Assembly (NCBI GenBank): GCA_051251915.1
Contig: JBPOGF010000006.1
Span: 1-64,000, forward strand
Direction: 5' to 3'
From: Akkermansiaceae bacterium
GTDB lineage: Bacteria; Verrucomicrobiota; Verrucomicrobiia; Verrucomicrobiales; Akkermansiaceae
DNA length: 64,000 nucleotides
Below are positions 37,608-49,262 of the stretch, piece after piece (the stretch's first letter is position 1; every line of letters begins with the position of its first letter). The position numbers and the translations under genes are program-made. The notes under the pieces are model-generated. The model saw only the letters and a list, made by a program, of their open reading frames with translations, was not told the DNA's origin and did not search any database.

Positions 37608-39782
37608 ATGAAACGTTTTCTACTAGTAGTGTGGGCCTTGGTGCTCGGTAATTTGAGCATTGTGACGGCAGCGGATAAAGCGGATTTTTTTGTAGCTCCG
37701 AATGGCTCAGATGCTTGGTCGGGAACCGTTGATTCGCCAGATGATCAGAAAGCTGATGGGCCGTTCGCCACACTAGAACGCGCCCGTGATGCTGTTCGTG
37801 AACTCCGCAAAATCAATGCGGGGAATATTACCGTTTTGGTTCGAGGTGGAACTTACACGCTGGATAAAACGGTTGTGTTTGGGCTTGAGGACTCAGGTCT
37901 AGAGAACGCATTCACTACTTACAAGGCTTATCCCGGTGAGAAACCGGTGTTCAGTTCTGGGCGAGAAATCACAGGTTTAAAAAAACTTACCTCTAAGCCC
38001 GCAGGGTTATCGTCCAAGGCTGAAGGTAAGGTTTGGGTGGCTGATGTGAAGGGGAGTTTTCGCACGCTTTATGATGAACAAGGAATGTTGCCACGGGCGC
38101 GTTCAGAGGGGTTTTTTCCGCTTGAGGGGAGTGGCCGGGATAGGCTGCTTTTCCCAGAAGGGAAGCTAAAGAATTGGTCAAATGTGAGCGATGTGGAAAT
38201 CGTGGTTCGTCCGCATCATGCGTGGATTGTGAATATTTTACCGGTGGTATCAGTGGATGAGGAAAAAGGGATTGCACGGACATCGATTGAGTCAACATAC
38301 GTGATGAATCCATTACATTTTCTTAAAACAACTCCATCTTGCTGGGTTGAAAATGTGCTAGAGGAGTTAGATGAACCCGGAGAGTGGGTGCTAAATACCA
38401 AGGAGGGAAAACTCTATATTTGGCCCCGTGATAATGCTTTTGAGAGTCCCATAGTAGCGCCTCAGTTGTTGGAGTTGATCAAAGTGGAAGGTAAGGTTGA
38501 TATTCAGGGACCGAAGGATATTCCTGTTCAGAATTTGCATTTTGAGGGGCTTACCTTTAAGCATGGTGAGCGCTACACGTTGACTAAAGAAGATGCAGGT
38601 CTTCAGCATGATTGGGATATGTTGGACAAGGACAATGCGCTGGTCCGATTCTGCGGGACGGAAAACTGTAGCGTGAAAAAGTGTCATTTTCTCCATAGTG
38701 GTAGCGGGGCGATCCGTGTGGATTTGCATGGGATAGGAAATACTATTTCAGGGAATCACATCGAGCATATGGGGGGCGGGGGTATTTTGCTCTGTGGTTA
38801 TGGACCTGGAACTAAGGATGTGAATAGAAAGAACATTGTTAGTAATAATCATATCCATCACGTAGGGGAAATCTACTGGCATTCACCGGGCTTGATGCTC
38901 TGGCAGAGTGGGGAAAATCACGTTATTAATAACCTCATTCATCATACGAACTATACATCACTCATCGTATCTGGATGCATGACAGAATTCTTCCGTAAGA
39001 AAGGACGCGAACTGGGGAGGACAATCCGCAGGGATGAGATAGGGGAGCTTCCTAAGAAGCTGACCATAGAAGCGGTTCGTCCCTTCCTGCATTCGCATGA
39101 TAACGTGATCGAGTACAATGAAATTCACAATGCCATGCAAAAACTAGGGGACGGGAACGCGATCTATATCCGAGGAGCGGGTGCTGGGAATGTGATCCGC
39201 AGGAACTACATTCACCATTTAGTAACTCCTATGATCATGCAGTGTGCTGTGCGGACAGATGGCGGACAAATGGACACGCTATTTTCAGAAAATGTGATCT
39301 ATAAGTGCACGTCCCAAGGCATCATGATGAAGCTTAATACACGGGTCGAAAATAACTTTGTGGTGGATGTGATCATGCCGCCGAGAGGATATTATCTATC
39401 TGTTCGTGAGGGGCCACTAACAGGTGCTACTATCAAACGAAATATTTTCTATTCATCTGACAAGGTGGAAGAGTTCATCAGTGAGCTTAAAGCGAAGAAT
39501 AAAAATGCTAGTGAAGACAGACGAGGCAGGAAAGTAGCGAGAGCGATGGATGCGGACACAGACTATAATATTTACTTCGCAGCAGGGGATCTCGCTAGTG
39601 GTAAGGAGATGTTAGAGAAGCAACGTGGAGATGGCGTGGATAAGAATAGCCAGGCTGTTGATCCGATGTTCGTGGATCCTGAGAATGGAGATTTCCGATT
39701 TAAGCCGGATTCACCTGCTTTGAAAATGGGTATTGTGCCGATTGATGTTTCTAAAGCTGGGCTGAAAGACGAGACTGAATAG
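37608..39782 (+). CDS. right-handed beta-helix glycosidase, GH141-like
   Basis: FFVAPNGSD.WSG...GPFATLERARDAVR, ELDEPGEW, parallel beta-helix repeats, DGNAIY. Confidence 0.75.
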   Translation: MKRFLLVVWALVLGNLSIVTAADKADFFVAPNGSDAWSGTVDSPDDQKADGPFATLERARDAVRELRKINAGNITVLVRGGTYTLDKTVVFGLEDSGLENAFTTYKAYPGEKPVFSSGREITGLKKLTSKPAGLSSKAEGKVWVADVKGSFRTLYDEQGMLPRARSEGFFPLEGSGRDRLLFPEGKLKNWSNVSDVEIVVRPHHAWIVNILPVVSVDEEKGIARTSIESTYVMNPLHFLKTTPSCWVENVLEELDEPGEWVLNTKEGKLYIWPRDNAFESPIVAPQLLELIKVEGKVDIQGPKDIPVQNLHFEGLTFKHGERYTLTKEDAGLQHDWDMLDKDNALVRFCGTENCSVKKCHFLHSGSGAIRVDLHGIGNTISGNHIEHMGGGGILLCGYGPGTKDVNRKNIVSNNHIHHVGEIYWHSPGLMLWQSGENHVINNLIHHTNYTSLIVSGCMTEFFRKKGRELGRTIRRDEIGELPKKLTIEAVRPFLHSHDNVIEYNEIHNAMQKLGDGNAIYIRGAGAGNVIRRNYIHHLVTPMIMQCAVRTDGGQMDTLFSENVIYKCTSQGIMMKLNTRVENNFVVDVIMPPRGYYLSVREGPLTGATIKRNIFYSSDKVEEFISELKAKNKNASEDRRGRKVARAMDADTDYNIYFAAGDLASGKEMLEKQRGDGVDKNSQAVDPMFVDPENGDFRFKPDSPALKMGIVPIDVSKAGLKDETE

Positions 39783-39936
39783 TGCGTATGGATAGCGGGT
39801 GAGTCATCAGTTAGGCTCACTGGTTGTTACTTACATAAGATCGATAATATTTATGATTGTGCCGAATTGAGATTCTCAATAGGTTGGTCATATTGTTTAG
39901 TACAAAAACCTAGAAGATTAACTACCCAAATAATTT

Positions 39937-41775
39937 ATGAAAATAACGAAATACCTACAGCGCGGAATCATCGCGCTCGGTCTGACTACTGCAACCATAG
40001 CAGTGGCGGCTGATAAACCTAACGTGGTCATCGTCATTACCGATGATCAAGGCTATGGGGACATGTCCTTTACTGGAAACACTGCGATTAAGACTCCGAA
40101 TATCGATAAGCTTCGGACTCAGGGAACGTTGCTTAACAACTTCCATGTAGATCCAACCTGTGCGCCTACTCGGGCTGCATTGATGACGGGGAGATATTCT
40201 AACCGTGTGGGTGTCTGGCACACTGTTCAGGGTCGAAGCATGCTACGTGCACGTGAGACGACGATGGCGAATGTTTTCAGTGAGAATGGATATGCTACTG
40301 GTATGTTTGGAAAATGGCATTTAGGTGACTGTTATCCATACCGTCCGGAAGATCGCGGATTCCAGCATACTGTGTATCACATGGCAGGTGGTGTGGGTCA
40401 GGCTCCGGATTACTGGGGGAATGATTACTTTGATGATACTTATGTAGTGAATGGCAAGCTTCAGCGTTTTGAGGGGTATTGCACGGACGTTTGGTTTGAT
40501 GAGGGGATGAAGTTTATAAAAGCGAACAAGGATAAGCCCTTTTTTGCTTATATAGCGACGAATGCCCCACATAGCCCGAATTACTGTCCGATGAAATATG
40601 TGGAGCCATATGTAGGTAAGCCTAATGTGACTGATCCTGTATTCTACGGTATGATTGCTAACGTTGATGAGAATATGGGCAAGCTTATGGAGTTTCTGGA
40701 TGCTGAGGGTCTTTCTGAAAATACGCTATTAGTTTTCATGACTGATAATGGTTCATCAGGACCTTATTCTGGTAAGGGTGGATATGATGGCGGTATGCGC
40801 GGTATGAAAGGTTCTGAGTATGAAGGTGGCCATAGAGTGCCATTTATCCTACGCTGGCCAAATGGAAAGATTGAAGCAGGTAAGTCAGTAGAGAATCTTA
40901 CTGCTCACATGGATATTCTTCCTACGTTTATCGAACTTTTCGGACTTGAGACAAAGGAAGTAAAGTATGATGGAGCTAGCCTTAAAGAGCTGCTCTATGG
41001 AGATGGTGACCACTGGCAGGAGCGCACACTCGTAGTGGAGTCGCAGCGTGTTGTGGATCCTATCAAATGGAAGCAAAGTGCGGTGATGAATGACAATTGG
41101 CGACTAGTGAATGGAGAGGAACTTTATAATCTCAAGGATGACGCTAAGCAAGCAACTAATCTTGCTGAGCAGCACCCAGAAATGGTTGCGCAGATGCGTG
41201 GGAGTTATGAATTATTCTGGAATGATGTTTCACAGGAGCATGATCTAACAAGTTACATGATCATTGGATCTGAGCATTCACCGATTGTATCACTTTCATC
41301 CCATGACTGGCTCATTAATAAGCTTCCACCTTGGCATCAGGGACATGTGTCTAGAGGACAAGTAGCAGAAGTTTCTCACTGGGCTATTGAAGTGGAAAAA
41401 GCTGGTGATTATGAGATTTCACTTCGCCGTTGGCCTGTAGAAGCTGATAAAGGGATCAACGATGGAACTTACGGAAAAGCATATAATTACAAACAGGCTC
41501 GTATGCGAATTGCTGATATTGATGAAACTAAAGATATTCCTGAGGGAGCTAAAGAGGTTACATTTAAGGTTACCCTGAAAAAAGGAGTGACTGAGTTGTC
41601 TCCTATTTTCATTGGTCCTGATAATCAGGCGACACCGTACTATGCGTATGTGACTCATGCTATTAAGCCAGGCTGGCAGACTCCAGAAGGTATGGGGATT
41701 CCTGTGTATGATCCTAGTTATGGTCGTATCCCGCCACAGCTTGAGAAAAAGAAAGCGAATAAGAAAAATAAATAA
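39937..41775 (+). CDS. S1 arylsulfatase
   Basis: [28 protein letters not shown]. Confidence 0.95.
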   Translation: MKITKYLQRGIIALGLTTATIAVAADKPNVVIVITDDQGYGDMSFTGNTAIKTPNIDKLRTQGTLLNNFHVDPTCAPTRAALMTGRYSNRVGVWHTVQGRSMLRARETTMANVFSENGYATGMFGKWHLGDCYPYRPEDRGFQHTVYHMAGGVGQAPDYWGNDYFDDTYVVNGKLQRFEGYCTDVWFDEGMKFIKANKDKPFFAYIATNAPHSPNYCPMKYVEPYVGKPNVTDPVFYGMIANVDENMGKLMEFLDAEGLSENTLLVFMTDNGSSGPYSGKGGYDGGMRGMKGSEYEGGHRVPFILRWPNGKIEAGKSVENLTAHMDILPTFIELFGLETKEVKYDGASLKELLYGDGDHWQERTLVVESQRVVDPIKWKQSAVMNDNWRLVNGEELYNLKDDAKQATNLAEQHPEMVAQMRGSYELFWNDVSQEHDLTSYMIIGSEHSPIVSLSSHDWLINKLPPWHQGHVSRGQVAEVSHWAIEVEKAGDYEISLRRWPVEADKGINDGTYGKAYNYKQARMRIADIDETKDIPEGAKEVTFKVTLKKGVTELSPIFIGPDNQATPYYAYVTHAIKPGWQTPEGMGIPVYDPSYGRIPPQLEKKKANKKNK

Positions 41776-41781
41776 CAAGAA

Positions 41782-43353
41782 ATGATGATAGCGAAATTAG
41801 CCACAGTCACATGTGTAGCCTTGATGGCCACATTAAGAATAGATGCAGCACAGAAACCTAACATTATTGTCATTTACACGGATGATCAAGGATACGGTGA
41901 CGTCAGTGCACTAAACCCTGAGGCTAAATTCAAAACACCCTATCAGGATCAGCTCGTTAATGAAGGTATTGCCTTCACTAACGGGCACAGCCCTGCGTCT
42001 GTCTGCACGCCTTCGCGTTACGGACTTCTAACAGGTCGCTACCCTTGGCGCACCACTTTGAAGACTGGCGTTTACGGAGCTGAGCGCAAGTGTCTGATCG
42101 AGGATGGGCGCATGACGCTGGCCTCACTTTTAAAAGAAAATGGCTACCAAACGGCGATGGTCGGGAAGTGGCATCTTGGGATGGATTTCCCAGGGACTCC
42201 GGAAGACAGGGACTGGACAAAACCAGTGAAGGACATGCCTTTGGATAAGGGGTTTGACTATTTTTACGGTATTCCAGCATCATTGAATTACGGGATACTT
42301 GCGTGGTTCGAGGGACGGCATGCCAAGGTTCCGCCAACAGTTTACACAAATAAGAAGAACAATCCTCGATTCACTGATTATCGGATAATGCCTCCATATG
42401 AGCCGACGTCGGCTAAATCAAAGGATCCAACACGCCAGATTAAAACTAACTTTGAGATCGCTGAGGATTTTATTGATAACCAATGTCTCACTAGATTTAC
42501 AGATAAAGCGATCGAGTGGATGGGGACGAAAGCTGAGGATGCAAAGAATGGGAAACCGTTCTTCCTTTATCTTCCATACACATCACCCCATTTCCCAGTT
42601 TGCCCGCTGCCAGAATTCCATGGTCAGGGTGATTGCGGGGCCTATGGAGAATTTCTTATCGAGACAGATTTCCACATTGGTCGCATTCTCAAATTCCTCA
42701 AAGAATCTGAGCTTGATGACAATACGATGATCGTTTTTTCTAGTGACAATGGTCCAGAATATACATGGAGAGATCGCATTCCTGAATACAAACATCACAG
42801 TAGCTACGTCTACAGAGGAGGTAAGCGTGATGTCTTTGAGGGGGGGCACAGGGTTCCGTTTTTGGTGCGTTGGCCTGGTGGGATTAAGCAACCGGGTAGG
42901 ACTTGGAATGGTCCGGTGGGGCAGGTGGATTTGTTAGCGACTTTTGCTGAGATCGTAGGGGGGAAACTTCCTGATGGTGCGGGTGAAGATAGTGAGAGTT
43001 TTGCGAGTGTGCTGCTAGATCCAGGAAGTAAACATGAGCGTCTACCTCTGATTAATCACGGGAATGATAGACGATACGCGATCACTGAGGGGAACTGGAA
43101 ACTGCTTCTTCCGTCAGCCAAAGGTAAAGGAGGCCTCTATGATCTTAAAACTGATCCAGGCGAGAAGAAGAATCTTGCAGCGCAATTTCCTGATCGAGTG
43201 AAAAGTCTCCGCGAAAAAGCTACTGCGATTGTTACCAATGGGCGCACTACTCTTGGGAAAGCTCAGTCAAACGACACGGGATATTGGGAAGATCTGAAAT
43301 GGATCACTCCTGAGCAATACAACGCCGCTACGGCATCACCTGTATCTAAATAA
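41782..43353 (+). CDS. S1 arylsulfatase
   Basis: [30 protein letters not shown]. Confidence 0.95.
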   Translation: MMIAKLATVTCVALMATLRIDAAQKPNIIVIYTDDQGYGDVSALNPEAKFKTPYQDQLVNEGIAFTNGHSPASVCTPSRYGLLTGRYPWRTTLKTGVYGAERKCLIEDGRMTLASLLKENGYQTAMVGKWHLGMDFPGTPEDRDWTKPVKDMPLDKGFDYFYGIPASLNYGILAWFEGRHAKVPPTVYTNKKNNPRFTDYRIMPPYEPTSAKSKDPTRQIKTNFEIAEDFIDNQCLTRFTDKAIEWMGTKAEDAKNGKPFFLYLPYTSPHFPVCPLPEFHGQGDCGAYGEFLIETDFHIGRILKFLKESELDDNTMIVFSSDNGPEYTWRDRIPEYKHHSSYVYRGGKRDVFEGGHRVPFLVRWPGGIKQPGRTWNGPVGQVDLLATFAEIVGGKLPDGAGEDSESFASVLLDPGSKHERLPLINHGNDRRYAITEGNWKLLLPSAKGKGGLYDLKTDPGEKKNLAAQFPDRVKSLREKATAIVTNGRTTLGKAQSNDTGYWEDLKWITPEQYNAATASPVSK

Positions 43354-43361
43354 TTTAAATC

Positions 43362-44849
43362 ATGAAATTTCTAACAAAGCTTCTCATCGCCTCAACGTTA
43401 GCATCCGTAAATACGTATGCTGCTGTAAAGCCGTCCTCATTATTCTGTGACCATATGGTCTTGCAGCAAGGGATGACGGTTCCTGTCTGGGGACATGCTG
43501 ATCCATCGGAAAAAGTGACCGTCACATTTGCTGGACAGGCTAAAACTACGACTACTGACAAAGATGGAAAGTGGATGGTGAAGTTGGACGCGCTGAAGGT
43601 CTCTGCTAAGGGGCAGGCGATGAAGATTTCTGGCTCGAATAAAATTTCTTTTAAAGATGTTCTGGTAGGTGAAGTTTGGATCTGTTCTGGGCAATCTAAC
43701 ATGCAGATGGGGTTGAATACGCTTCCAGCGCTGAATAAAAAGCGTGCCGAGGCTAAGAATGTCCGTCATTTTGAAGTGCCTAAAGTGGTTGCTTTTGAAG
43801 AACAAGATACAGTTAAAGGGCGTTGGGCAACTGGTCTGCCTAACAGTGCTGTAGCTGGTGGGTTTGCTCATTTTCTAGAGGAGTCTGCTGATGTTCCGGT
43901 GGGTATTATTTTAAGTTGCTGGGGGAGTTCATCCTTAGAAGCTTGGATGCCGCGTGATATGGGGAAAGACCTACCGTTGTTCCAAGAGCAGTTAGATGAG
44001 CTTGATGGTAATAAAGAAACAAGGGCTGAGATAAAGCGAATTCTAGAGACTAAGGGAGCTAGAAAGACTCCTGACGATATCTATCTTCGTCGCCAGTCGA
44101 ATATTCTCTACAACGCGATGATTGCGCCATTAGTTCCATATGCTTGTCGCGGGCTGGTTTGGTATCAGGGTGAGAGGAATGCTTCAAATTATGATAAACT
44201 TCCAGAGAAGCCGTGGTATCGTCGCAATATACCGATGGTGGGCTATGGCAATGCTTTGAAACTATGGATCGAGCGCTATCGGAAGGAATGGGGTAAGGAG
44301 GATATGCATTTTATGGTGGTGATGCTTCCGGGTTATGCCAAAGGATTTGGGAAAGTACCGGAAAATCCTACTGTAGAATCATGGGCGTGGATGCGGGAAC
44401 AGCAGCTTCAGGCTTTAGAACTTCCGCACACTTCGGTTGTTAATGCGATCGATCTCGGACACGAGACCAATATTCATCCTAAGGATAAATTACCGATTGG
44501 CGAACGCTTAGCGCTGTTAGCACAGCGTGATACTTTAGCGAAAGACATTGTGGCGGAGGGACCTGTGATGACGAAAGTGGACTCGAAGCGTGGTTCATTA
44601 ATCGTCAATTTTGAAAACAGCAAAGGCCTCAAAACTAAAGACGGAAAAGCACCTTCTGCCTTTTGGGTATCCACTGACGGCAAGAGGTGGGAGCCAGCTA
44701 CAGCGGAGATCAAAGGTGAGCAGGTTATTTTGACCTCAGACAAGGTCAGAAGTCCTAAGTTCATAAGATACGCATTTGCTGCTATGCCTAAGACTAACTT
44801 GGTCAATGCTGCGGAGCTACCGGCACGACCCTTTAGAACAGATCGATAA
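43362..44849 (+). CDS. sialate O-acetylesterase (SASA) family carbohydrate esterase
   Basis: GEVWICSGQSNM, WYQGE, IHP.DK. Confidence 0.9.
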   Translation: MKFLTKLLIASTLASVNTYAAVKPSSLFCDHMVLQQGMTVPVWGHADPSEKVTVTFAGQAKTTTTDKDGKWMVKLDALKVSAKGQAMKISGSNKISFKDVLVGEVWICSGQSNMQMGLNTLPALNKKRAEAKNVRHFEVPKVVAFEEQDTVKGRWATGLPNSAVAGGFAHFLEESADVPVGIILSCWGSSSLEAWMPRDMGKDLPLFQEQLDELDGNKETRAEIKRILETKGARKTPDDIYLRRQSNILYNAMIAPLVPYACRGLVWYQGERNASNYDKLPEKPWYRRNIPMVGYGNALKLWIERYRKEWGKEDMHFMVVMLPGYAKGFGKVPENPTVESWAWMREQQLQALELPHTSVVNAIDLGHETNIHPKDKLPIGERLALLAQRDTLAKDIVAEGPVMTKVDSKRGSLIVNFENSKGLKTKDGKAPSAFWVSTDGKRWEPATAEIKGEQVILTSDKVRSPKFIRYAFAAMPKTNLVNAAELPARPFRTDR

Positions 44850-44992
44850 ATCCGAAGAAAATACCCGTGTTTATCCTACATAGATAGGATAGTCAATTTT
44901 TCGGGATGGGTTCATTATGTCATTCTTCTAGTCATGTATCTGGAGCTTTTGGGCTTTAGAAATTCAGCGTTGATAGAATTAAAAATAAAATT

Positions 44993-47317
44993 ATGAACCT
45001 CAAAAAACTTATTAGCAATGCGCTGTTATCACTGTGTAGCTTACTCATCTGTCTGGAATCTATTCAGGCTAAGGAAGCTATTAAGATGAAGGTGGATTGG
45101 GAGAAGTTCCTGGATCGTCATGATCTTGTCTGGGATAAGATCCCGAAAGCTTGGCAAGATGGACCTTTTCTTGGCAATGGGATGCTTGGGTCTATGATGC
45201 ATCAGGTAGATGCTCATACGATTAGGATTAGCTTGGGTAGGGCTGATGTGGAGGATCATCAGTCAGGGGGGACGCCGTTCATAGCGCAGTCACGCTTGCC
45301 AAATGGTTATTTCACACTCAAAACAGTGGGTAAGATTACGGGTTTTGAGGGTCGGCTTGATCTTTATGATGCTGAGACGCGTGTGAGCGTGAAGACGGAT
45401 AAGGGAGATATCGCTCTTCATGGATTGGTTCATAGCGATGATATGTTGATCATTTATGATTTGAAGCCCTCAAGTGGTGAAGTGGGGATGAAGCTGGACT
45501 TTGTGCCACTTAGGGCGATTGCTCCTGCTCGGTTGCAGGCTGAGCTGGAGGTAAAGACGCGAGGGGATAAAGCTTCGACTAGTCGCAAGTCATGGGCTGC
45601 TGCTAAATATGTTTATAACCCAGATCCTGAATTGACCGAGCTTGATGGCTATGGGGTATCGAGGCAGAAATTAGCTGCTGGTGGTGAGACAGGGACCGCT
45701 TGGAAGATCAAGAAAAGTGAGGATGGGGGCCAAGAGTTGCGGGTTTCGATTGAGCATAGTTTCCCTGAGCAGACTGCGACTGAGGATGCTGTGGCGCATT
45801 TGAAAGCTGTAGAGGAAGAGTCACTGGAGAGTTTGATCAAGCGTCATAGAGTCTGGTGGCATGCTTATTATCCGAAGAGTTTTATTAGTCTCGATGATAC
45901 AAGGATGGAAAGTTTTTATTGGATCCAGGTTTATAAATTTGGGTCAGGGGCACGTAAAGGTCGTGCTTTTATGGATACAATGGGGCCATGGATGGTGGAG
46001 AATACGGCTTGGGCGAATGGTTGGTTTAATCTTAATACTCAGCTTTCGTATTGGTTTCTTTCTACGGCGAATCGGTTTGAAGTGGCAGAGAGTTTGTTTA
46101 CTAAGCTGGATGAGAAGCTACCACAGCTGGTGGCAAATATGCCTGAGCAGTATGGAGGAGATTGTGCTGGGATGTCGACGATTGTCCCGCAGACATTTAT
46201 TAGTAAATTTCCAGCAGCTAGGCTTGGGTTTACGGGTGAGCTGCTTTGGACTTGCCATGATTATTGGCTGATGCTGGAGCGCACGATGGATGAGGAACGT
46301 ATTACTAAGAAGTTTTTTCCTCTGTTGAAGAAGTCGGTGAATACTTATCTGCATTTTATGGTGGAAGGTAAAGATGGTAAGATTCATCTGCCTAGAACAC
46401 GATCACCAGAATATGGGGCTGGGGAAGACTGTAATTTCAATTTGGCTCTATTCCGCTGGGGTTGCACGACCTTGATTCATATTTCGGAGCGTTATAAAAT
46501 AGAGGATCCGCTATTGCCTAAGTGGAAGGATGTGATTGCGCGTCTGGTGGACTATCCGACCAATGAAAACGGTTATATGGTGGCTAAGGATTTTCCTTTT
46601 GAAGAGTCTCACCGACATTACTCGCACTTGATGATGATTTATCCGCTGTGCGAGGTGAACATTGATCAAGTAGAGAATCGGGAACTCATTTCGAAGTCGG
46701 TTGATCACTGGATAAACTATCCGGGGACAGGGAATGCAGGTTACTCATGGAGTGGTGCTGCTGCGATGTATGCGCTGCAAGAAGATGGTGAAACGGCGGG
46801 TAAGTACCTAGATATATTCATGCGTATGCAGGAGCTTTTTCCTAAGAATCCAGCGATGATTCATCCAACTACGATGTATACGGAGACTCAGCGTATTCAG
46901 CCTGTGACGGAGACTCCGCTTTCTCTTTGTGACTCGATGCAGTTGATGTTGCTCCAGAGTTGGGGTGATACGATTCGAGTCTTTCCGGCAGTGCCGAAGT
47001 CGTGGGAGAATATTTCTTTTGATGGATTACTTGCTAAAGGAGGTTTTGAAATCAGTGCTACTCGTTCTCAGGGGAAAACTGAATTTGTATCTATTAAGAG
47101 TCACGCAGGTGAGCCGTGTGTGGTTAAGTTAGATTTCAAGCCAGTTAAGATTATGGGAATAGACCAGTCAGCGGTTAAAATGTTAGAAGATGGTCGCTAT
47201 GCAGTGGAGTTGAAAGCCGGCGAGCAAGTCATCCTCTTTGCTGTAGGAATCATGGATGCTATCGTGGAACCAGTGAAGGCAGATCCTCAAAAGATCAATT
47301 CTTTCGGGCTCAATTAA
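44993..47317 (+). CDS. GH95-like alpha-L-fucosidase
   Basis: FLGNG, WFNLNTQLSYW, SPEY, HRHYSHL, MLLQSW..IRVFPAVP. Confidence 0.82.
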   Translation: MNLKKLISNALLSLCSLLICLESIQAKEAIKMKVDWEKFLDRHDLVWDKIPKAWQDGPFLGNGMLGSMMHQVDAHTIRISLGRADVEDHQSGGTPFIAQSRLPNGYFTLKTVGKITGFEGRLDLYDAETRVSVKTDKGDIALHGLVHSDDMLIIYDLKPSSGEVGMKLDFVPLRAIAPARLQAELEVKTRGDKASTSRKSWAAAKYVYNPDPELTELDGYGVSRQKLAAGGETGTAWKIKKSEDGGQELRVSIEHSFPEQTATEDAVAHLKAVEEESLESLIKRHRVWWHAYYPKSFISLDDTRMESFYWIQVYKFGSGARKGRAFMDTMGPWMVENTAWANGWFNLNTQLSYWFLSTANRFEVAESLFTKLDEKLPQLVANMPEQYGGDCAGMSTIVPQTFISKFPAARLGFTGELLWTCHDYWLMLERTMDEERITKKFFPLLKKSVNTYLHFMVEGKDGKIHLPRTRSPEYGAGEDCNFNLALFRWGCTTLIHISERYKIEDPLLPKWKDVIARLVDYPTNENGYMVAKDFPFEESHRHYSHLMMIYPLCEVNIDQVENRELISKSVDHWINYPGTGNAGYSWSGAAAMYALQEDGETAGKYLDIFMRMQELFPKNPAMIHPTTMYTETQRIQPVTETPLSLCDSMQLMLLQSWGDTIRVFPAVPKSWENISFDGLLAKGGFEISATRSQGKTEFVSIKSHAGEPCVVKLDFKPVKIMGIDQSAVKMLEDGRYAVELKAGEQVILFAVGIMDAIVEPVKADPQKINSFGLN

Positions 47318-47335
47318 CCACTCACTTGAATTCTT

Positions 47336-48001
47336 ATGAAAGGATATTCATTAGTTATTCTACTCACGGCTTTTTTTTCACAGTTAATCACTCATGCTGT
47401 AGCCGAAACCTCTAAACCTACTGTCGATTTTAAGGAGTTTTTGGGGCAGCATGACTTGGTATGGGATCGATTGCCTAATCGCTGGGAAGTGGCTCCCTAC
47501 TCTGGGAATGGTAATCCGGTGATAGAGAGTCCTTTGTCATTTGCGACTTCGTTGCACGATATGTTGTTGCAGAGCTGGGGTGGGAAGATTCGTGTTTTCC
47601 CAGGGACGCCTGAGCGCTGGGAGGATGTGGCATTTGATAAGTTTAGGGCCCAAGGAGCTTTCTTAGTGAGTGCCTCGAAAAAGGCAGGGGAGACACAGTT
47701 CGTGAAAGTTGAGAGCTTGGTGGGATCTCCTTGCATGGTGAAGGTGGATATTGTGAATCCTAAGATTTATATCGATGGTAAACTGGTGATGAAGGAACAA
47801 TTGAAGCAGAGTGGGGCAGGTTTCTACGATGTCGCTCTGAAAAAAGGGGAGAGTGTGATCTTTGTTCCGGTTGCTTTGGAGGAGGCTAATTTAAGCGTGA
47901 AACCGATCCCTGTTCCTGAGGTGGATCGTAATATTTTTGGACTCAATTCTAAATCTCAAGAGCGTATTCCAGGGCATCAGTTTTATTATCCAGTGAAGTA
48001 A
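47336..48001 (+). pseudogene. internally deleted GH95-like paralog (N- and C-termini fused in frame)
   Basis: FLGQHDLVWD...GNG joins directly to PVIESP...MLLQSWGGKIRVFP; catalytic core missing. Confidence 0.75.
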
Positions 48002-48092
48002 AAATCTAGTTTCTAGGAGGTAGGGGTGCTTGAGGTATGATCTGCTGCGATTATTGCTGGTATGTGCTTCAGTAAACGACTATTTTAAACCA

Positions 48093-49058
48093 ATGAAAAT
48101 AATGAAAAATTACTTATTTTACGCACTCGCTTTAATGTTAGTGGTGCCTGTGTTCGGCCAAGGTTCTGACAAGGAAGGGTTGAAAAAATACAACTGGACG
48201 CTGGGTTACACGCCAGACAAAGTGATTGATTACTACGCTCCAGTTCCTGATCAAAAACTTAAGTTGCATTTGTTTTTACCAGAAGGTTATGAGGCTAGCG
48301 ATAAACGGCCCTGTGTTATCTTTTTCTTTGGAGGTGGCTGGTCTGGTGGTGATCCGTCTCAGTTCTTCGGCTATAGTAAATATCTGGCTTCACGCGGAAT
48401 GGTAGCGATCTCTGCACAGTATCGAACTAAGGCACAAAAAGCGATTCCTAGGAACTGTGTGGAGGATGGAAGAGAAGCTGTTAGATATGTCCGTAAGCAT
48501 GCTGTAGAGCTCGGAGTTGATCCTAACCAAATCGCTGTGGGGGGAGGGTCAGCTGGTGGTCATGTTGCTGCGGCTATTGCAATGTGTCCGAAAATAGATG
48601 TGGATCCGGATAGTGAGATTTCAAGCATGCCAAATGCGCTGTTACTTTATAATCCGGTGTATAACAATGGACCAGGTGGCTATGGTCATGAACGGGTGAA
48701 GGATTATTGGGAAGATATTTCTCCTCATCATAACATTGTTAAAGGACTTCCACCAACGATTGCTTTCTTTGGTTCAAAGGATAAGCACGTCCCTGTGGCG
48801 ACCATCAATGCGTTTCAAGCGGCGATGGAAAAAGTAGGGAATGAGTCTGCCAGCCATATTTACGAAGGCCAGACTCATGGGTTTTTCCATATTTCAAAAG
48901 GGGGGCGTGCGATGTTTGAAGATGTGCTTACCAAGACTGACGCATTCCTCGTAAAACAGAAATTTCTAACAGGGGAAGACAATGTCAAAGTGTGGACTGC
49001 ACAAGCTATTGAACATTATAAAAGTACACGGCCACGAAAAAAAACGAAGGTTAAGTAA
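48093..49058 (+). CDS. alpha/beta hydrolase (putative carbohydrate esterase)
   Basis: FGGGW, GGSAGGH, D..V, HGFF; signal peptide. Confidence 0.88.
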   Translation: MKIMKNYLFYALALMLVVPVFGQGSDKEGLKKYNWTLGYTPDKVIDYYAPVPDQKLKLHLFLPEGYEASDKRPCVIFFFGGGWSGGDPSQFFGYSKYLASRGMVAISAQYRTKAQKAIPRNCVEDGREAVRYVRKHAVELGVDPNQIAVGGGSAGGHVAAAIAMCPKIDVDPDSEISSMPNALLLYNPVYNNGPGGYGHERVKDYWEDISPHHNIVKGLPPTIAFFGSKDKHVPVATINAFQAAMEKVGNESASHIYEGQTHGFFHISKGGRAMFEDVLTKTDAFLVKQKFLTGEDNVKVWTAQAIEHYKSTRPRKKTKVK

Positions 49059-49262
49059 GCGGCTGATATAAAATGATTATAAATATAAAGCTCGCGACAA
49101 AGTCATTAGCGAAGCCAGAGCTGCTCTAGATTTTAAAGGCAACGCAAACCGCTGTGTCATCCAGAAACTCGAATGGGAGTAACCCTAACTATTTATAAGA
49201 TTCATTGTAAGAATGAATGAGGAAGCAGGTAATGATAAATGTAAATATCGCTCTATAAAAAT

